In this document: positions 1-11,363 of the stretch, piece by piece
How the letters are laid out: each line of letters begins with the position of its first letter
Numbering within the stretch: position 1 is the stretch's first letter
DNA from: Vulcanimicrobiota bacterium
GTDB lineage: Bacteria; Vulcanimicrobiota; Vulcanimicrobiia; Vulcanimicrobiales; Vulcanimicrobiaceae
NCBI GenBank assembly: GCA_963812155.1
Contig: CAWETW010000003.1
Coordinates: 160,001-224,000 of the forward strand
Length of the DNA stretch: 64,000 nt
Direction: 5' to 3'
Position numbers and translations under genes: made by a program
Notes under the pieces: generated by a model
Told to the model about the DNA's origin: nothing
Database searches by the model: none
Seen by the model: the letters and a program-made list of their open reading frames with translations, nothing else

Positions 1-615
1 CGTTCCGTCTTGGACGACGGCGGCCGGGGTCGATTCCGGCAACCCGTGCGCGAGCAGTTTCGCGGTAATCTCGCCGAGGTTTCCCGCGGCCATGAGAAAC
101 ACGAGCGTCGCGTGACGGTCGGCGAGCTTGTCCCAATCGAGGAGCGAACCCGGTTTCGACGGATCTTCACGGCCGCTCGCAACCGTGAATGCGGCGTTGT
201 GCGCGCGGTGCGTGAGCGGAATGCCGGCATACGCCGGCGCCGCGAGCGCGGAACTGATGCCGGGTACGACGTCGAACGGAATTCCGGCGGCGCGCAGTGC
301 CTGCGCTTCTTCGCCGCCGCGTCCAAAAACGAACGGATCGCCGCCCTTCAAGCGTACGACGTGCCGGCCTTTCGCCGCTTCCGCAATCATCAACGCCTCG
401 ATGTCCGTTTGCGGCATCGCCTGTGCGGCGCCGCGTTTGCCGACGTAGATGCGCGCGCAGCGCGAAGGCACGAGCGCCAGCACGGCGTTGCCGACGAGCG
501 CGTCGTAGAGCAACACGTCGGCAGTTTCGAGCGCGCGCAGCGCGCGTAACGTCAGCAGGCCCGGATCGCCCGGGCCTGCGCCGACCAACGAGACGTGCGC
601 GCCGGGTTTATTCAT
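1..615 (-). CDS. cobA: Uroporphyrinogen-III C-methyltransferase (partial, runs off the window edge)
   Basis: Hand translation from ATG 615 gives MNKPGAHVSLVGAGPGDPGLLTLRA, the typical SUMT N-terminal motif. It overlaps the hemA stop. Confidence 0.9.
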   Translation of the reverse strand, partial: MNKPGAHVSLVGAGPGDPGLLTLRALRALETADVLLYDALVGNAVLALVPSRCARIYVGKRGAAQAMPQTDIEALMIAEAAKGRHVVRLKGGDPFVFGRGGEEAQALRAAGIPFDVVPGISSALAAPAYAGIPLTHRAHNAAFTVASGREDPSKPGSLLDWDKLADRHATLVFLMAAGNLGEITAKLLAHGLPESTPAAVVQDGT

Positions 616-1933
616 CGGCCGGCGGTGCGAGCGGCGCCAGTGCGGCGATGTGGGATGCCAAGTCGAGTTCGAAAAGTTCGTCGAGCACGCGCGCGTGCGA
701 GAGCGCCTCGGCACGATCGACGGTCGCCTTCTCGCGAACTTTGACGATCACCGAATGCAGCAGTTTCGAAACGATCGTCGACGCCATGCCCGCCACCAGC
801 AACCGTTCGCGTTCGGTGAGATCCGGGCACCGCGCGAACAAGCGTTCCAACTCGGCGGCGCGCACGGCTTCGGCCTTGCGCGTGAGCGTCTCGATGACGG
901 GTACGGCAATGCGCGACCGATACCACGCGCCGAACGCGCCGGCGCACTCGGCGATGATCTCTTCGACGTCTGCAACCGCTTCGCGTCGCACGCTCAACTT
1001 GGCATCCACGACCGATTTCAATCCGTCGATGTCGACCAGCGATACGTTGGGAATCTCGGCGACGGCCGGATCGGCATCGCGCGGCACGGCGATGTCGACG
1101 ATAAACAGCGATCGCTCCGGCCGGCGCGCCATCGCTGCGCCGACGCGCTCGACGTTCAGCACGAAATGCGACGCTCCGGTCGAGGCGACGACGAGATCGG
1201 CAGCGGCCAGCGCATCCACCAATCCGGGCATTTCCATCGCTTCGCCATAACCCGCTTCGGCGACGAGTTCGCGCGCGCGGGCGGCGGTGCGGTTGGCGAC
1301 GACGACGCGCGCGGCGCCCTCTTGCCGCAGCCGCTTCACGGCCGTGCGTCCCATTTTCCCCGCGCCGATGACGACGATGGTCGCGCCCTCGAGCGTGCCG
1401 AGCCGCGCCTTCGCCGCTTCCACTGCCGCGGTCGCAATCGATCCTGATTCTTCGCCGATGCGCGTTTGAGCGCGTGCCGCTTTTCCGGCTTTCAGCGCTT
1501 CACGGAAAAGGCGGTGCAGCGACTGGCCGAGCGACTTCGCGTGCTGCGCTCGAACGTACGCGTCCTTGACTTGCCCGAGAATTTCAGCTTCGCCTACGAG
1601 CATCGAGTCGAGTCCCGTTGCGACGCGGAAAAGATGTTCGATCGCCTCGCCGCCGAGCAGCGTATACAGGTACGATTCGATGTCGTAGCCGGTGGTGCCG
1701 TGGCCGAAATTCGTTAAAAACGATTTGATCTGCGCGACGCCGGTTTCGTAGCCGTCGAGTTCGGCGTAGATTTCCAGGCGTCCGCAGGTCTGCAGCATCG
1801 CAGCTTCGCGGACCGCCTGATAATCGCGTAAGGCGACCAGCGCTTCGCTCATTCGCGACGACGGGAAGGCATGGCGTTCGCGCACTTCGACCGGCGCGGT
1901 ATGGTGGGAGAGCCCAACGCAGACGATCGGCAC
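608..1933 (-). CDS. hemA: Glutamyl-tRNA reductase
   Basis: GLSHHTAPVEVRE, TCGRLEIY, GLDSMLVGEAEILGQVK and GAGKMG motifs. Confidence 0.97.
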   Translation of the reverse strand: MPIVCVGLSHHTAPVEVRERHAFPSSRMSEALVALRDYQAVREAAMLQTCGRLEIYAELDGYETGVAQIKSFLTNFGHGTTGYDIESYLYTLLGGEAIEHLFRVATGLDSMLVGEAEILGQVKDAYVRAQHAKSLGQSLHRLFREALKAGKAARAQTRIGEESGSIATAAVEAAKARLGTLEGATIVVIGAGKMGRTAVKRLRQEGAARVVVANRTAARARELVAEAGYGEAMEMPGLVDALAAADLVVASTGASHFVLNVERVGAAMARRPERSLFIVDIAVPRDADPAVAEIPNVSLVDIDGLKSVVDAKLSVRREAVADVEEIIAECAGAFGAWYRSRIAVPVIETLTRKAEAVRAAELERLFARCPDLTERERLLVAGMASTIVSKLLHSVIVKVREKATVDRAEALSHARVLDELFELDLASHIAALAPLAPPADE

Positions 1934-1936
1934 GAT

Positions 1937-2639
1937 TCAGACGTTCCCGCGAAGGCTCTCGGCGCTCTCGAACGAGAGGCGATGGGTGAGCACCGACATT
2001 TCGCCGGCGAGATCGATGTTGCGCACGATGACCGGTGCGCGTAAGTCGAGCGCGATCGGCGCGAAATTCAGCAGCGCGCGCATGCCGAGCCCGGCGAGCC
2101 GGCGAGCGATCGCTTGCGCCGCATCGGCGGGCACGGCAATCACTCCGATGTTGCAGCCGCTTGCCGGAAGCACGCGATCGAGATCGTCGACGCTATCCAC
2201 GCGGAATGCCGTTCCACCGTTGCCCGATCACCGCGGGCGACTGATCGAAGATTGCGGCGACGCGAAAGCGTGCCTCGCGCGCGGTAATGAATGCCGCGAA
2301 GGCGTGCCCGAGATACCCGAAGCCGACGATCGCGATGCGCCAGTCATGCTCCAATCCTAGAACCCACGCGAGCTGCTCGGCAAGCGGATCGATCGCATAG
2401 CCGTGCCCGCGCCTTCCCAGCGGCCCGAGCGCGCAGAGGTCCTTGCGAATCTGCGTGCTGGCGATCGTGTGGCCGAGCAGTGCCGCCAGGCCGTGCGACG
2501 TGATCGTCGTTTTGCCCGCCTGCTGCGCTTGCCGGAGCGCGCGATGATAGGCGTAGAGACGAGGTATCGAGACTCCGACGAGCGACGTAAAGGGCGCGGA
2601 GGTCCGCGGTTCGGAACGCCGGACGGCTGGATCGATCAC
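1937..2639 (-). CDS. rex: Redox-sensing transcriptional repressor Rex (frameshift near 2201, probably an assembly error)
   Basis: N-terminal part has RLYAY...QIRKDL...GRRGHGY and IVGFGYLG. C-terminal part IGVIAVPADAAQ...LLNFAP...VRNIDL is in the adjacent frame. Confidence 0.88.
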
Positions 2640-3940
2640 GATTTCGCCACCGCAGGCAGCCGCGAAAACGCTTCATCGGCGGCGGCGAGCGTTTGCTCGA
2701 CGTGCCCCGTCGTGTGGGCGGTCGAAACGAATCCGGCTTCGAATTGGGACGGTGCGAGGTAAATGCCTTGGTCGAGCATCGCTCCAAAGTAGTTCGCGTA
2801 CGACGCGGTATCCGACTTCAGCGCGCTCTCGAGATCGGTGACCGGCCCCTCGGTGAAGAAGGTCGAGAACATCGAGCCGGCGTGCGTCGAGTAATGCGGG
2901 ATTCCGTGTTTGTTCATGATCTCGTGAAGGCCGTCCACGAGCAGTCGCGTGAGCACCTCGAGTCGCCCGAATAGGGTGGCGTCGTCGCGCACGACTTTCA
3001 GCGTGGCCGCGCCCGCGGCCATCGCAATGGGGTTTCCGGAAAGCGTTCCTGCCTGATACACGGGACCGTCGGGCGATAGGTACGCCATTACGGCCGCCCG
3101 CCCGCCGAAAGCGCCGACGGGAAGCCCGCCGCCGATGACCTTGCCGAGCGTCGTGAGATCGGGCGTGACGCCTTCGCGCTCGGCCACGCCGCCGCGTGCA
3201 ACGCGAAAGCCGGTCATGACCTCGTCGAAAATCAACAGCGAACCCTGCTGCGTGCAAAGCTCGCGCAGCCGCTGCAGATAGCCCGGATGCGGCAGCACGA
3301 GACCCATGTTTCCGGGATACGGCTCGACGACCACGGCGGCGATCTCGTCCGGATGAGCGTCGAAGGCGCGTTCGACGGCGCTTGCATCGTTGAACGGAAG
3401 CACGATCGTATCGCGCGCCGTTCCTTCGGTAACGCCCGGCGAATTCGGAACGCCGTTGGTGAGCGCGCCCGATCCGGCCGCGATCAGAAACGCGTCGGCG
3501 TGACCGTGATAGCAGCCGGCGAACTTGACGATCTTCGGCCGGTGCGTATATCCGCGCGCGAGCCGGATCGCGCTCATCGTCGCTTCGGTACCGCTCGAGA
3601 CGAAACGCAGGCGTTCGATCCAGGGAAGCATCGAGATGACGATCTCGGCGAGTTCGCTCTCGGCTTCCGTCGGCGTCCCGAACGACGTTCCGCGCGCCGC
3701 TGCCGCCGCGATGGCTTTGACGACCGCCGGATGCGCGTGCCCGAGCAACAGCGGCCCCCACGAAAGCACGTAATCGACGTATTCGTGGTCGTCGAGATCG
3801 TGCAGCATAGCACCCGCGCCGCTCTTCATGAAGACCGGCGTCAAACCAACCGCTTTGAAGGCGCGCACGGGCGAGTTTACGCCGCCGGCAACGACTCGCT
3901 TGGCGCGCGCAAATGCGGCAATCGAACGCTCGATACTCAC
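2636..3940 (-). CDS. hemL: Glutamate-1-semialdehyde 2,1-aminomutase
   Basis: [45 protein letters not shown] start at 3940 is coupled to the mobA stop. Confidence 0.97.
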   Translation of the reverse strand: MSIERSIAAFARAKRVVAGGVNSPVRAFKAVGLTPVFMKSGAGAMLHDLDDHEYVDYVLSWGPLLLGHAHPAVVKAIAAAAARGTSFGTPTEAESELAEIVISMLPWIERLRFVSSGTEATMSAIRLARGYTHRPKIVKFAGCYHGHADAFLIAAGSGALTNGVPNSPGVTEGTARDTIVLPFNDASAVERAFDAHPDEIAAVVVEPYPGNMGLVLPHPGYLQRLRELCTQQGSLLIFDEVMTGFRVARGGVAEREGVTPDLTTLGKVIGGGLPVGAFGGRAAVMAYLSPDGPVYQAGTLSGNPIAMAAGAATLKVVRDDATLFGRLEVLTRLLVDGLHEIMNKHGIPHYSTHAGSMFSTFFTEGPVTDLESALKSDTASYANYFGAMLDQGIYLAPSQFEAGFVSTAHTTGHVEQTLAAADEAFSRLPAVAKS

Positions 3941-4524
3941 CGCGCGAACGCCTTTTCGATGCGCGCCGCGTCCTGCGGCGTGTTGACGTTCGCGAAGTAC
4001 TCGGAGGAAACGTCGACGAATCGCGTCGCGAGCCGCGCGAGCAGTGCGTGCATCGATTCGTCGCCGCGAGCGAAGAGCTCGCCCGCTTCGCGCAAGAGCG
4101 CAGCGCGTGCATAGATCGCGGCCAGCGGCTCGGCGTGGCCGCCGTGGCGCGGAACGACGGCTTCGTCGCCGGTGCGCCATGCGGCGTCGAGCGTACGGAA
4201 CAGTGCCGGCCCGGCGCACGGTTCGTCGCCCGCGAGCACGGCGATGCGATCGTGGTCGAGCGCCTCGGCGGCCGACAGCAGCGCGCGCAGCGGACCTGCG
4301 CCCGGCCAACGGTCCTCAATCATCGGCAGGTCGAGTCGCTGCACGACTTGCGGCGAGAATTGTTTGCTGCCGCTGACGTACACGGGGAGGCCCAGTTCGA
4401 GCGCGTTGCGGCAGACCCGCTCCAGCATCGTCCGGCCGCCGATGGATCGTTCCAGTTTGCCGGGAAAGCGTGTTGCGCGGCCGCCCGCGAGCACGACGAC
4501 GGCCGCGCGGCCAGCTCCGGTCAC
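3937..4524 (-). CDS. mobA: Molybdenum cofactor guanylyltransferase-like NTP transferase
   Basis: [34 protein letters not shown]. Confidence 0.85.
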   Translation of the reverse strand: MTGAGRAAVVVLAGGRATRFPGKLERSIGGRTMLERVCRNALELGLPVYVSGSKQFSPQVVQRLDLPMIEDRWPGAGPLRALLSAAEALDHDRIAVLAGDEPCAGPALFRTLDAAWRTGDEAVVPRHGGHAEPLAAIYARAALLREAGELFARGDESMHALLARLATRFVDVSSEYFANVNTPQDAARIEKAFAR

Positions 4525-5502
4525 CGCGCGCGCTCGGCCATGCGTGCGGCATACTCTTTCGCGAAGTATGTGATGACGACGTCGGCGCCCGCGCGCACGA
4601 ACGACACGAGCATTTCGTCGATTGCCTTGTCGCCGTCGATCCAGCCGTTTGCGGCCGCCGCTTTGATCATCGCGTACTCGCCGCTGACGTTGAAAACGGC
4701 GATCGGCACGTCGAATGCCTCGCGCGCCGCGCGCACGACGTCCAGGTAGGGTAGGCCCGGGCTTGACCATCACGAGATCGGCGCCCTCGTCGAGATCGAG
4801 CGCGATTTCGCGCAGAGCTTCGCGCGCGTTGGGCGGATCCATTTGGTAGGTGCGGCGGTCGCCGGATTGCGGTGCGCACGCGGCGGCTTCACGGAACGGC
4901 CCGTAGAACGCGGACGCGTACTTGGCGCTGTACGCCATGATGGCGACGCCGCTGTGACCGCGTTCGTCCAGCGCGCGGCGAATTGCTGCGACGCGGCCGT
5001 CCATCATGTCGGAAGGGGCGACGACGTCGACGCCGGCTTCGGCATACGTCACCGCGGTGCGCGCGAGCAGTTCGACCGTCGCATCGTTGTCGACGTCGCC
5101 GTCCGCACCGAGAATGCCGCAGTGTCCGTGATCGGTGTACTCGCAGTTGCAGAGGTCGGCGACGACGAGCATCTCGGGCAACGCGGATTTGATCGAACGC
5201 GCGGTCAGTTGGACGATGCCGCCGGGATCGTAGTTGCTCGTCGCGAGCGCATCCTTGTGCTCGGGAATGCCGAACAGCAGAACGCTGCGTATTCCGAGAT
5301 CCCAGAGTTCGCGCGCCTCCGCGACCGCGCCGTCGCGCGTCAAACGCGAGATGCCGGGCATCGCGCTAATCGGCCCCGCGTCGCCGCCGCGTTGCACGAC
5401 GAAGAGCGGAGCGACGAGTTGTTCGACGGCAACCCGATGCTCGCGAACCAGCGCGCGCACGACCTCGCTGCGGCGCAGGCGACGCGGACGAACGGCGATC
5501 AC
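4521..5502 (-). CDS. hemB: Porphobilinogen synthase (frameshift near 4758)
   Basis: RPRRLRRS, Zn site [44 protein letters not shown]-terminus [14 protein letters not shown] is in another frame. Confidence 0.95.
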
Positions 5503-7405
5503 GGCGTGCCTTCGAGGCGCTCCCGGACGAGGGCGACGAAGGCGTCGACCGATGGCTCGGCGGCGACCGCGTCGGGCTCGTAGCCGGCCGACCGTGCCGC
5601 TTGGGCGGATGCCGGGCCCATCGCCAGCACCGCGGGCCGGTGCGCCGCACCGTGCAGGCGGGCAAGGTAGGGGGCGGCCGCCGCGACCGCGCCGCTGGAG
5701 GGGAAGAGGAGCATGTCGATGCTGCCTTCGGCGGGGTCGGGTCCGTCGTCCCCCGCCCGCAGCTCGATCACCTCGATACCCTCGGCGCGCAGCGCGTCGG
5801 CAATGCGGCTCGGGCGCGGCTGCGTCCGCGGCAACACCACGCGGGCGGCGCGCAGCGGCCCCAGTGCCGCCGCGACATCCGCTCCCAGCGCCGCAGCGAC
5901 ATCCGCTCCCAGTGCCTCGCCGGCCGCCACGCCGTCGCAGCGCCGGCGCATACGAAGCCGGCGAATGGGCGTGCCGTCGCCGGCGGCGTAGGCGGCGGTC
6001 ACGTCGATCGCGCCGTCTTCGAGCCGCGCGTGGATGCCGATCGGCGCGCTGCAGCCGGCGCGCAACGCGCGCAGCGCCGCTCGTTCGCAGCTCACGCAAA
6101 GTTCCGCATCGGAATCGTTGACGGCTTCGCGCAAGCTCGCGTGCGAGATGATCGTCTTCGCGGCGCGTTTCGACGGCGAGCGCTCCTTGCGCGACCGCCG
6201 GCACGATCGTCTCGACGTCGAACGGCACGGTGTGCGTCGCTTGCAGGCGCAACCGGTTCAAACCGGCCATCGCCAGGACGATCGCGTCGTAGCGCCCCGT
6301 CGCGCAGTTTGCGCAAGCGCGTGTCGACGTTACCGCGAATCGTCTCGTAGGCAAGATCGGGCCGCAGCGCGGTCAACTGCTCGCGTCGCCGCGGGCTCGA
6401 CGTCCCGACGATCGCGCCGGCCGGGAGCGCGTCGAACGACGCGTAGCGTTCGCTGCAGAACGCGTCGCGCGGATCTTCGCGTGCCGAGATCGCGGCGATG
6501 CGCATGTCCGCGGCGAGCTCGCTCGGCAGATCTTTGCACGAATGCACGGCGTAGTCGGCGCGGTCGTCGCGCAGCGCCGTCTCGAGTTCCGTGACGAAGA
6601 CGTTCACGCTGCCGAGGCGATCGATCGAACGGTCGAGGCGCCGATCGCCGGTAGTGGTGACCGTGAGGATCGTGCTGGCGATTCCACGCTCCGCCAATCG
6701 AGCCGCCACCGCACGCGTCTGCGTCATCGCCAACGGGCTGGCGCGCGAGGCGCAGACGGCCGTCGCCGTCGCCGCACGCGCGGAGGAAACGTTCGCGCGC
6801 GCGGCGTCTTCAATTGCGTGCTGCATGGCGCCGGCGTCCATCGCTGCCAGTTCGCCGGCCGGTAATGCGGACAGCGCCCGCAGGACGTCGCGGCGCCGCT
6901 CCGGCGCGATCGCCGCTTTGACGGCGTCGCGCATCGTCGCTAGCGTCCGTACCGCGTCGCCGTATTCCGGACCGATCGAATCGGCGAGTTCCTTCGCAAC
7001 GCGCTTGGAAAACGGTGGCGACGCTCCCGCAGAGTCGACGCTGATCGTGAGTTCGCCGCGGCGCACCGTCGCCGGCATGTGAAAGTCGCCGCGTTCAGGA
7101 TGGCCCGCATCGCAGGCAATCGCACCCGCCTTCCGCGCGTCGCTCACGACGCACGCGTCGACCGCGTCGTCGCCCGTCGCCGCGATGACGAGTGCCGCAC
7201 CGTCCACGTCGGTTGCGGTATACGCGCGCACCGCAACCCGATGCGGTAACGCCAACGCGTGCAAACGTTCGTCGGCAACGGCCTTCGCGACGACGAAAAC
7301 GCGATAACCGGCGGCCGCGAGCGTCTCGGCTTTGCGCGCCGCAACCGGTCCGCCGCCGACGACGAGGGCGCGCCGGCCGTCCTGACGCAATGTGATGGGA
7401 AGCAT
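5499..7405 (-). CDS. hemC: Fusion of precorrin-2 dehydrogenase/ferrochelatase (SirC/CysG-N), hydroxymethylbilane synthase and a short HemD-like domain (frameshifts near 6300 and 6135)
   Basis: [11 protein letters not shown]...[14 protein letters not shown] (SirC) is in frame with [35 protein letters not shown] (HemC). GCSAPIG is in frame with VVLPRT...LLFPSSGAV...[10 protein letters not shown] (HemD). Confidence 0.88.
5860..5916. repeat. 24-bp tandem duplication encoding LGADVAAA twice at the HemC-HemD junction
   Basis: cccagtgccgccgcgacatccgct / cccagcgccgcagcgacatccgct / cccagtgcc. Confidence 0.85.
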
Positions 7406-7410
7406 AGAAT
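7405..7410 (+). promoter_or_regulatory. Putative -10 box of a leaderless promoter
   Basis: TAGAAT, 6 nt, then ATG 7417. There is no room for a Shine-Dalgarno. Confidence 0.45.
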
Positions 7411-7416
7411 GTTCGA

Positions 7417-9132
7417 ATGACTTCCCCGTCCGCTGGCCAAAAACCGCCGCGAGTGGCCGGAGAGACGAAATCGGAAACGCCGGAGCGCCCCGCGCGCGCC
7501 GCGTTGGTCGGAGGAGCGGCGGCGGCGTTGATCACGCTGCCCGGTCTCGGCGTCGGCTCGCTCTGGGATAATAGCGAGACCGCATACGGCGAAGTCGCGC
7601 GGGAAATCCTCATCCATCACGACTGGATCGTGATGCACTTCAACTCCGTTCCGTATTTCGTGCAGCCGCCGCTCTATTTTTGGCTTGCGGCCGCATTTGC
7701 GTCGCTGCTGGGCGTGACGTCGTTCGCGCTGCGCCTGCCGTCGGCGCTCGCCACGGTGGCGCTCGCGGCCGCGACCGGATACGCCGTCGCTCGCCAAGCC
7801 GGAACGCGCGTCGGCGTGTATGCCAGCGTGATTCTTTCGAGTTGCCTGATGACGGCCGTGATCGGACGGCTCGCCATTATGGACGCGCTGCTCGATCTCG
7901 CGGTCGCGCTGACGATCTTCTGGTGGTTTCGAGGCCTCGAGACGGGCCGCGATCGCTACGTCGTCTACGGGTGGGTCGCGGCCGGGTTCGGGTTTTTGGC
8001 CAAGGGCCTCGTCGCACCGGTCGTCGCGCTGCTCGTCATCGTTCCGTTTGCGCTCTGGAACGAACGCAGCGAACCGGCGAACTTTCCGCCGGTGCGCTCG
8101 TGGCTGTGGGGCTTGGCGGCCTTCGCCGTCATCGTGGTGCCGTGGCCGGCCGCGCTGGCCGCACAATACAAACTCTTTCCGCTCGACCAGCTCTTCGGTC
8201 ACTACACCATTGCGCGCTACACGGGCGTCATCGAGAACCAAGCCGGGCCGATCTGGTATTACATCCCGGTCGTGCTGCTCGGCTTTTTTCCGTGGAGCGC
8301 GTTCCTGCCGATGGCGGCGGTCTACGGGTATCGGCAGTTGCGCGCGATGCCGCAGGACCCGAAGCTCGCGCGTCTCGTCCGGCTGGCGGCCACGTGGATC
8401 GTCGTGCCGCTCGTTTTCTTCAGCTTCGCGCGCACGAAGCTTCCGAACTATCTCGCCTTGGAGTTCCCGGCGTTTGCGCTGCTGACGGCGCTCTATTTCG
8501 AAGGCGTCGTGCGGCGCGGCGGCACGCGTTCGGCCGTCATCTCGGCGTCGGCAGTCGCGCTCACGATCGGCGCACTGGCCTTTGCGATTGCGATGTTCAT
8601 GCGCAGCAACGCGCTCGACCCGAAGGTCTCGCAAGTCGTTCCGGGACTCGTCGCCATGGGCGCCGTCATTTTTGCGGGTTCGCTGCTGACGGCGGTACTC
8701 GTCGCTCGCCCGGCCGGCGTTCGCGTCGCGCCCTACGCGCTCGCGGTGACCGCGCTGTTGGCGGTCGACGTGCTCGCGCTCGGCATCTTGCCGCACACCG
8801 AAGCCTACAAACCGATTCCCCGTCTCGCCGCAATCATCAATCGCGAGCGCCAGCCGTTCGACAACGTTGCGATTCAAAGCACGTCGGGAGGGAACGCGCT
8901 GCTATTCTACACGCGTCCCGACGTGGCCGTGCTCGCGCCGCCGCGCGGCGGCGATCCCGAAACCGGCGGCATCGATCCGCGCGTCGCCATCTGCGGCGCC
9001 CAACGCACGTGGGTCATCGCGCCGAAGAAACGTCCGGACTACGATCCGACCTATGGCCGGCACCGCCGTTTGATCGCGACGGATATGCGCGCCGCGCTGT
9101 TTTTATACGACGGCCCGTTGTGCGGAATATGA
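7417..9132 (+). CDS. ArnT/PMT-family (GT39/GT83-like) membrane glycosyltransferase
   Basis: LWDNSETAYGEVAREI, YFVQPPLYFW, LRLPSALA, GFLAKG, RTKLPNY; many TM helices. Confidence 0.88.
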   Translation: MTSPSAGQKPPRVAGETKSETPERPARAALVGGAAAALITLPGLGVGSLWDNSETAYGEVAREILIHHDWIVMHFNSVPYFVQPPLYFWLAAAFASLLGVTSFALRLPSALATVALAAATGYAVARQAGTRVGVYASVILSSCLMTAVIGRLAIMDALLDLAVALTIFWWFRGLETGRDRYVVYGWVAAGFGFLAKGLVAPVVALLVIVPFALWNERSEPANFPPVRSWLWGLAAFAVIVVPWPAALAAQYKLFPLDQLFGHYTIARYTGVIENQAGPIWYYIPVVLLGFFPWSAFLPMAAVYGYRQLRAMPQDPKLARLVRLAATWIVVPLVFFSFARTKLPNYLALEFPAFALLTALYFEGVVRRGGTRSAVISASAVALTIGALAFAIAMFMRSNALDPKVSQVVPGLVAMGAVIFAGSLLTAVLVARPAGVRVAPYALAVTALLAVDVLALGILPHTEAYKPIPRLAAIINRERQPFDNVAIQSTSGGNALLFYTRPDVAVLAPPRGGDPETGGIDPRVAICGAQRTWVIAPKKRPDYDPTYGRHRRLIATDMRAALFLYDGPLCGI

Positions 9133-9134
9133 CG

Positions 9135-10665
9135 CTACGGCTTATAGCCTGAGACTTGCGCTTCCGTGACGGCCGAGGCTTTGTTGTTGCCGAGCGAGCC
9201 GCGAATGTAGGTGATGACGTCGGCGACGTCGGCGTTGGAGAGGGTGCCTTTCCATGCCGGCATCTGCCCGTTGTACGTCGCGCCGTTGATGCTGATCGAG
9301 CCGTGCAATCCGTTGAGCACGATGCCGATGACTTTGTTCGGATCGCCGGTGACGGTCGGATTGTTGGCGAGCGGCGGGAACGCGCCGGGCAATCCTTGTC
9401 CCGTGGCGCCGTGACACGACGAACAGTTCGTTTGGAAAACCTTCGAACCGTTACCGGCACTGGCCGGCATCGCCGCTCCGCCGGACGCGGCGCCCGCTGA
9501 AGATGCGGCGCCGGTCGCACCCGCACCGGTGCTCGACGGCTCGCCCGTCATTGCGAGCACTTGCGCCTGCGTTGGCGAGGGCGGAGCCGCCGCCTGCTTC
9601 GCCATGACTTGCAGCTGCGCGAAGACCGAAAGTCCGACGATGACTAGCACCATAATCGTCGTCCCCCACAGGATGCCTTTGCGCGAACCGAAGGAGCGCG
9701 TGATGCTGCGATCGAGCCACGGAATGACCAATACGACGACGAGAAAGAGCGTCGGCACGATGATCGTCGCTATCAGTTCCATCGGCAAAGGAATCGGTCC
9801 GATTTTCAGTTCGGCCGGCACCAATCCGAGCAGGCCGAAGAGCGACAAGAAATACCACGCCGGATACGGGACGAACTGCGAGTTCGTCGGGTCGGCCTTT
9901 TGGTCTAAGAACGGCGGAAAGACGAGTGCGAGAAAGACGATCGACGATGAAGACGATGAACGAGACGGCCGCATCCATGAACATCTGATCCGGCCAGAAA
10001 CGCCCGATCTTGAGTTTGCGCGGATCGTCGACGACCGGTCCAGCCGAACCGTTGTGGCGGAAGATCGCCAAGTGCGCGCCGACCAGCGCGACGAGTGCCG
10101 CCGGCATCAGCCACACGTGCAGGCCGAAGAAGCGGTTGATCGTCGCCGTGCCCATCGTTCCGCCGCCTTGCGCGATGTTCTGCACGAGCGGTCCTGCGAT
10201 CGGCGCGAGCCCGGTGATGTTCAACGAGACTTGCGAAGCGAAATACGCGTCCATGTCCCACGGAAGCAGATATCCCGTGAGGCCGAGCACGAGCGTCACG
10301 AGCAGCAGCAGCACGCCGACCACCCATTGCAGTTCGCGCGGCGATTTGTACGCGCCCCAGATCAGCACTTGCAGCAGATGCAGAAAAACGAGCGCGATCA
10401 TCGCCGATGCGCCCCAATAGTGCACCGACAACAGGAAGTGCGTCCACGGGTTGAGATAGATCGCGCGGGTCGATTCCCATGCCGTGTCGGCCGACGGCGC
10501 GTAGAAGAACGTGAGGAAGATGCCGGTGACGATCTGAACGATCATCGCGAACAGCGTCGCGCTTCCGAAGACGTACCAATAACTCGCTCCTCCGGGGACG
10601 TCCTCGGTGAGGAAGTCGCGGGTCATCGACACGAAGCCGGTGCGCTTGTCGAGCCAGTTGAGCAT
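9135..10665 (-). CDS. qcrB: Cytochrome b (b6-like N-domain plus subunit-IV-like part) fused to a C-terminal cytochrome c (frameshift near 9942)
   Basis: Heme His residues in SVHYW, FLHLL, GLHVW, GAHL; GYLLPWD; PYPAWYF; C-terminal CSSCHG...MPAW. Confidence 0.9.
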
Positions 10666-10685
10666 CGCTGTTCTTCCTTATCCCC

Positions 10686-11363
10686 TTACGCTTGGTACGA
10701 GACGATAATGCGGTTGGGCGTATTGGGCTGGTACTGAATCCAGGTTACGTCCGCGGTACCGGTCTGCTCTCGCAAAGGAAGCGGATCGAGTCCGCGCGGC
10801 GCCGGGCCGGCGACGTGCGTGCCGTCGAAATTATATTGCGATCCGTGGCACGGGCATAGGAACTTGTTGGCGGCCGCACTCCAGTTGAAGCGGCAGCCGA
10901 GATGCGGGCAGATCGGGCTGAAAACAACGAAGCCGAAGTTGACCGCCGGGTAATCGACCTTGCCGCCCGCGACCTTGTAGATGTCGGGGCGCGCCGCCTG
11001 AAACTTCGCTTCGTCGATTTTGATGCCCCAGACGTATTCGTCGGCTTCCTTGGTGGGAAGGTAGCCGTCTTTATATTTCAGCGTGAAGGTCATCTTCACG
11101 GGTTTGGACGTCGCCTCGGCGAGCGCGTCGAGCTCGGTCTTGGTCAGCGGCGACCAACTGCCTTTTCCCTCCGTGCCGGCGGGCAAGAGCGATCCGACGA
11201 TCGGTACGGCCAGGACGATGCCGATGATTCCGCCGACCGTCATCGTCGCGTTCGCCATGAACGTGCGACGGCTCACCTCCAGCGGCGTTTCGGGCTGGTC
11301 GTAGGCACTCACGGCGTGGCGTCCGGCGCTGTGCGAAACGCCGGCGGCTCCTTCATTCGACAA
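10686..11363 (-). CDS. qcrA: Rieske 2Fe-2S subunit of menaquinol:cytochrome c reductase
   Basis: Tat-like SRRTFM, TM helix, CPHLGC and [15 protein letters not shown]. Confidence 0.93.
   Translation of the reverse strand: MSNEGAAGVSHSAGRHAVSAYDQPETPLEVSRRTFMANATMTVGGIIGIVLAVPIVGSLLPAGTEGKGSWSPLTKTELDALAEATSKPVKMTFTLKYKDGYLPTKEADEYVWGIKIDEAKFQAARPDIYKVAGGKVDYPAVNFGFVVFSPICPHLGCRFNWSAAANKFLCPCHGSQYNFDGTHVAGPAPRGLDPLPLREQTGTADVTWIQYQPNTPNRIIVSYQA

Noticed and set aside
3937..6354. 805-aa HemC-HemB-MobA fusion ORF in the track
   Set aside because: It is an artefact of indels and frame coincidence. hemB and mobA have their own GTG starts overlapping upstream TGA stops (5502/5499 and 4524/4521).
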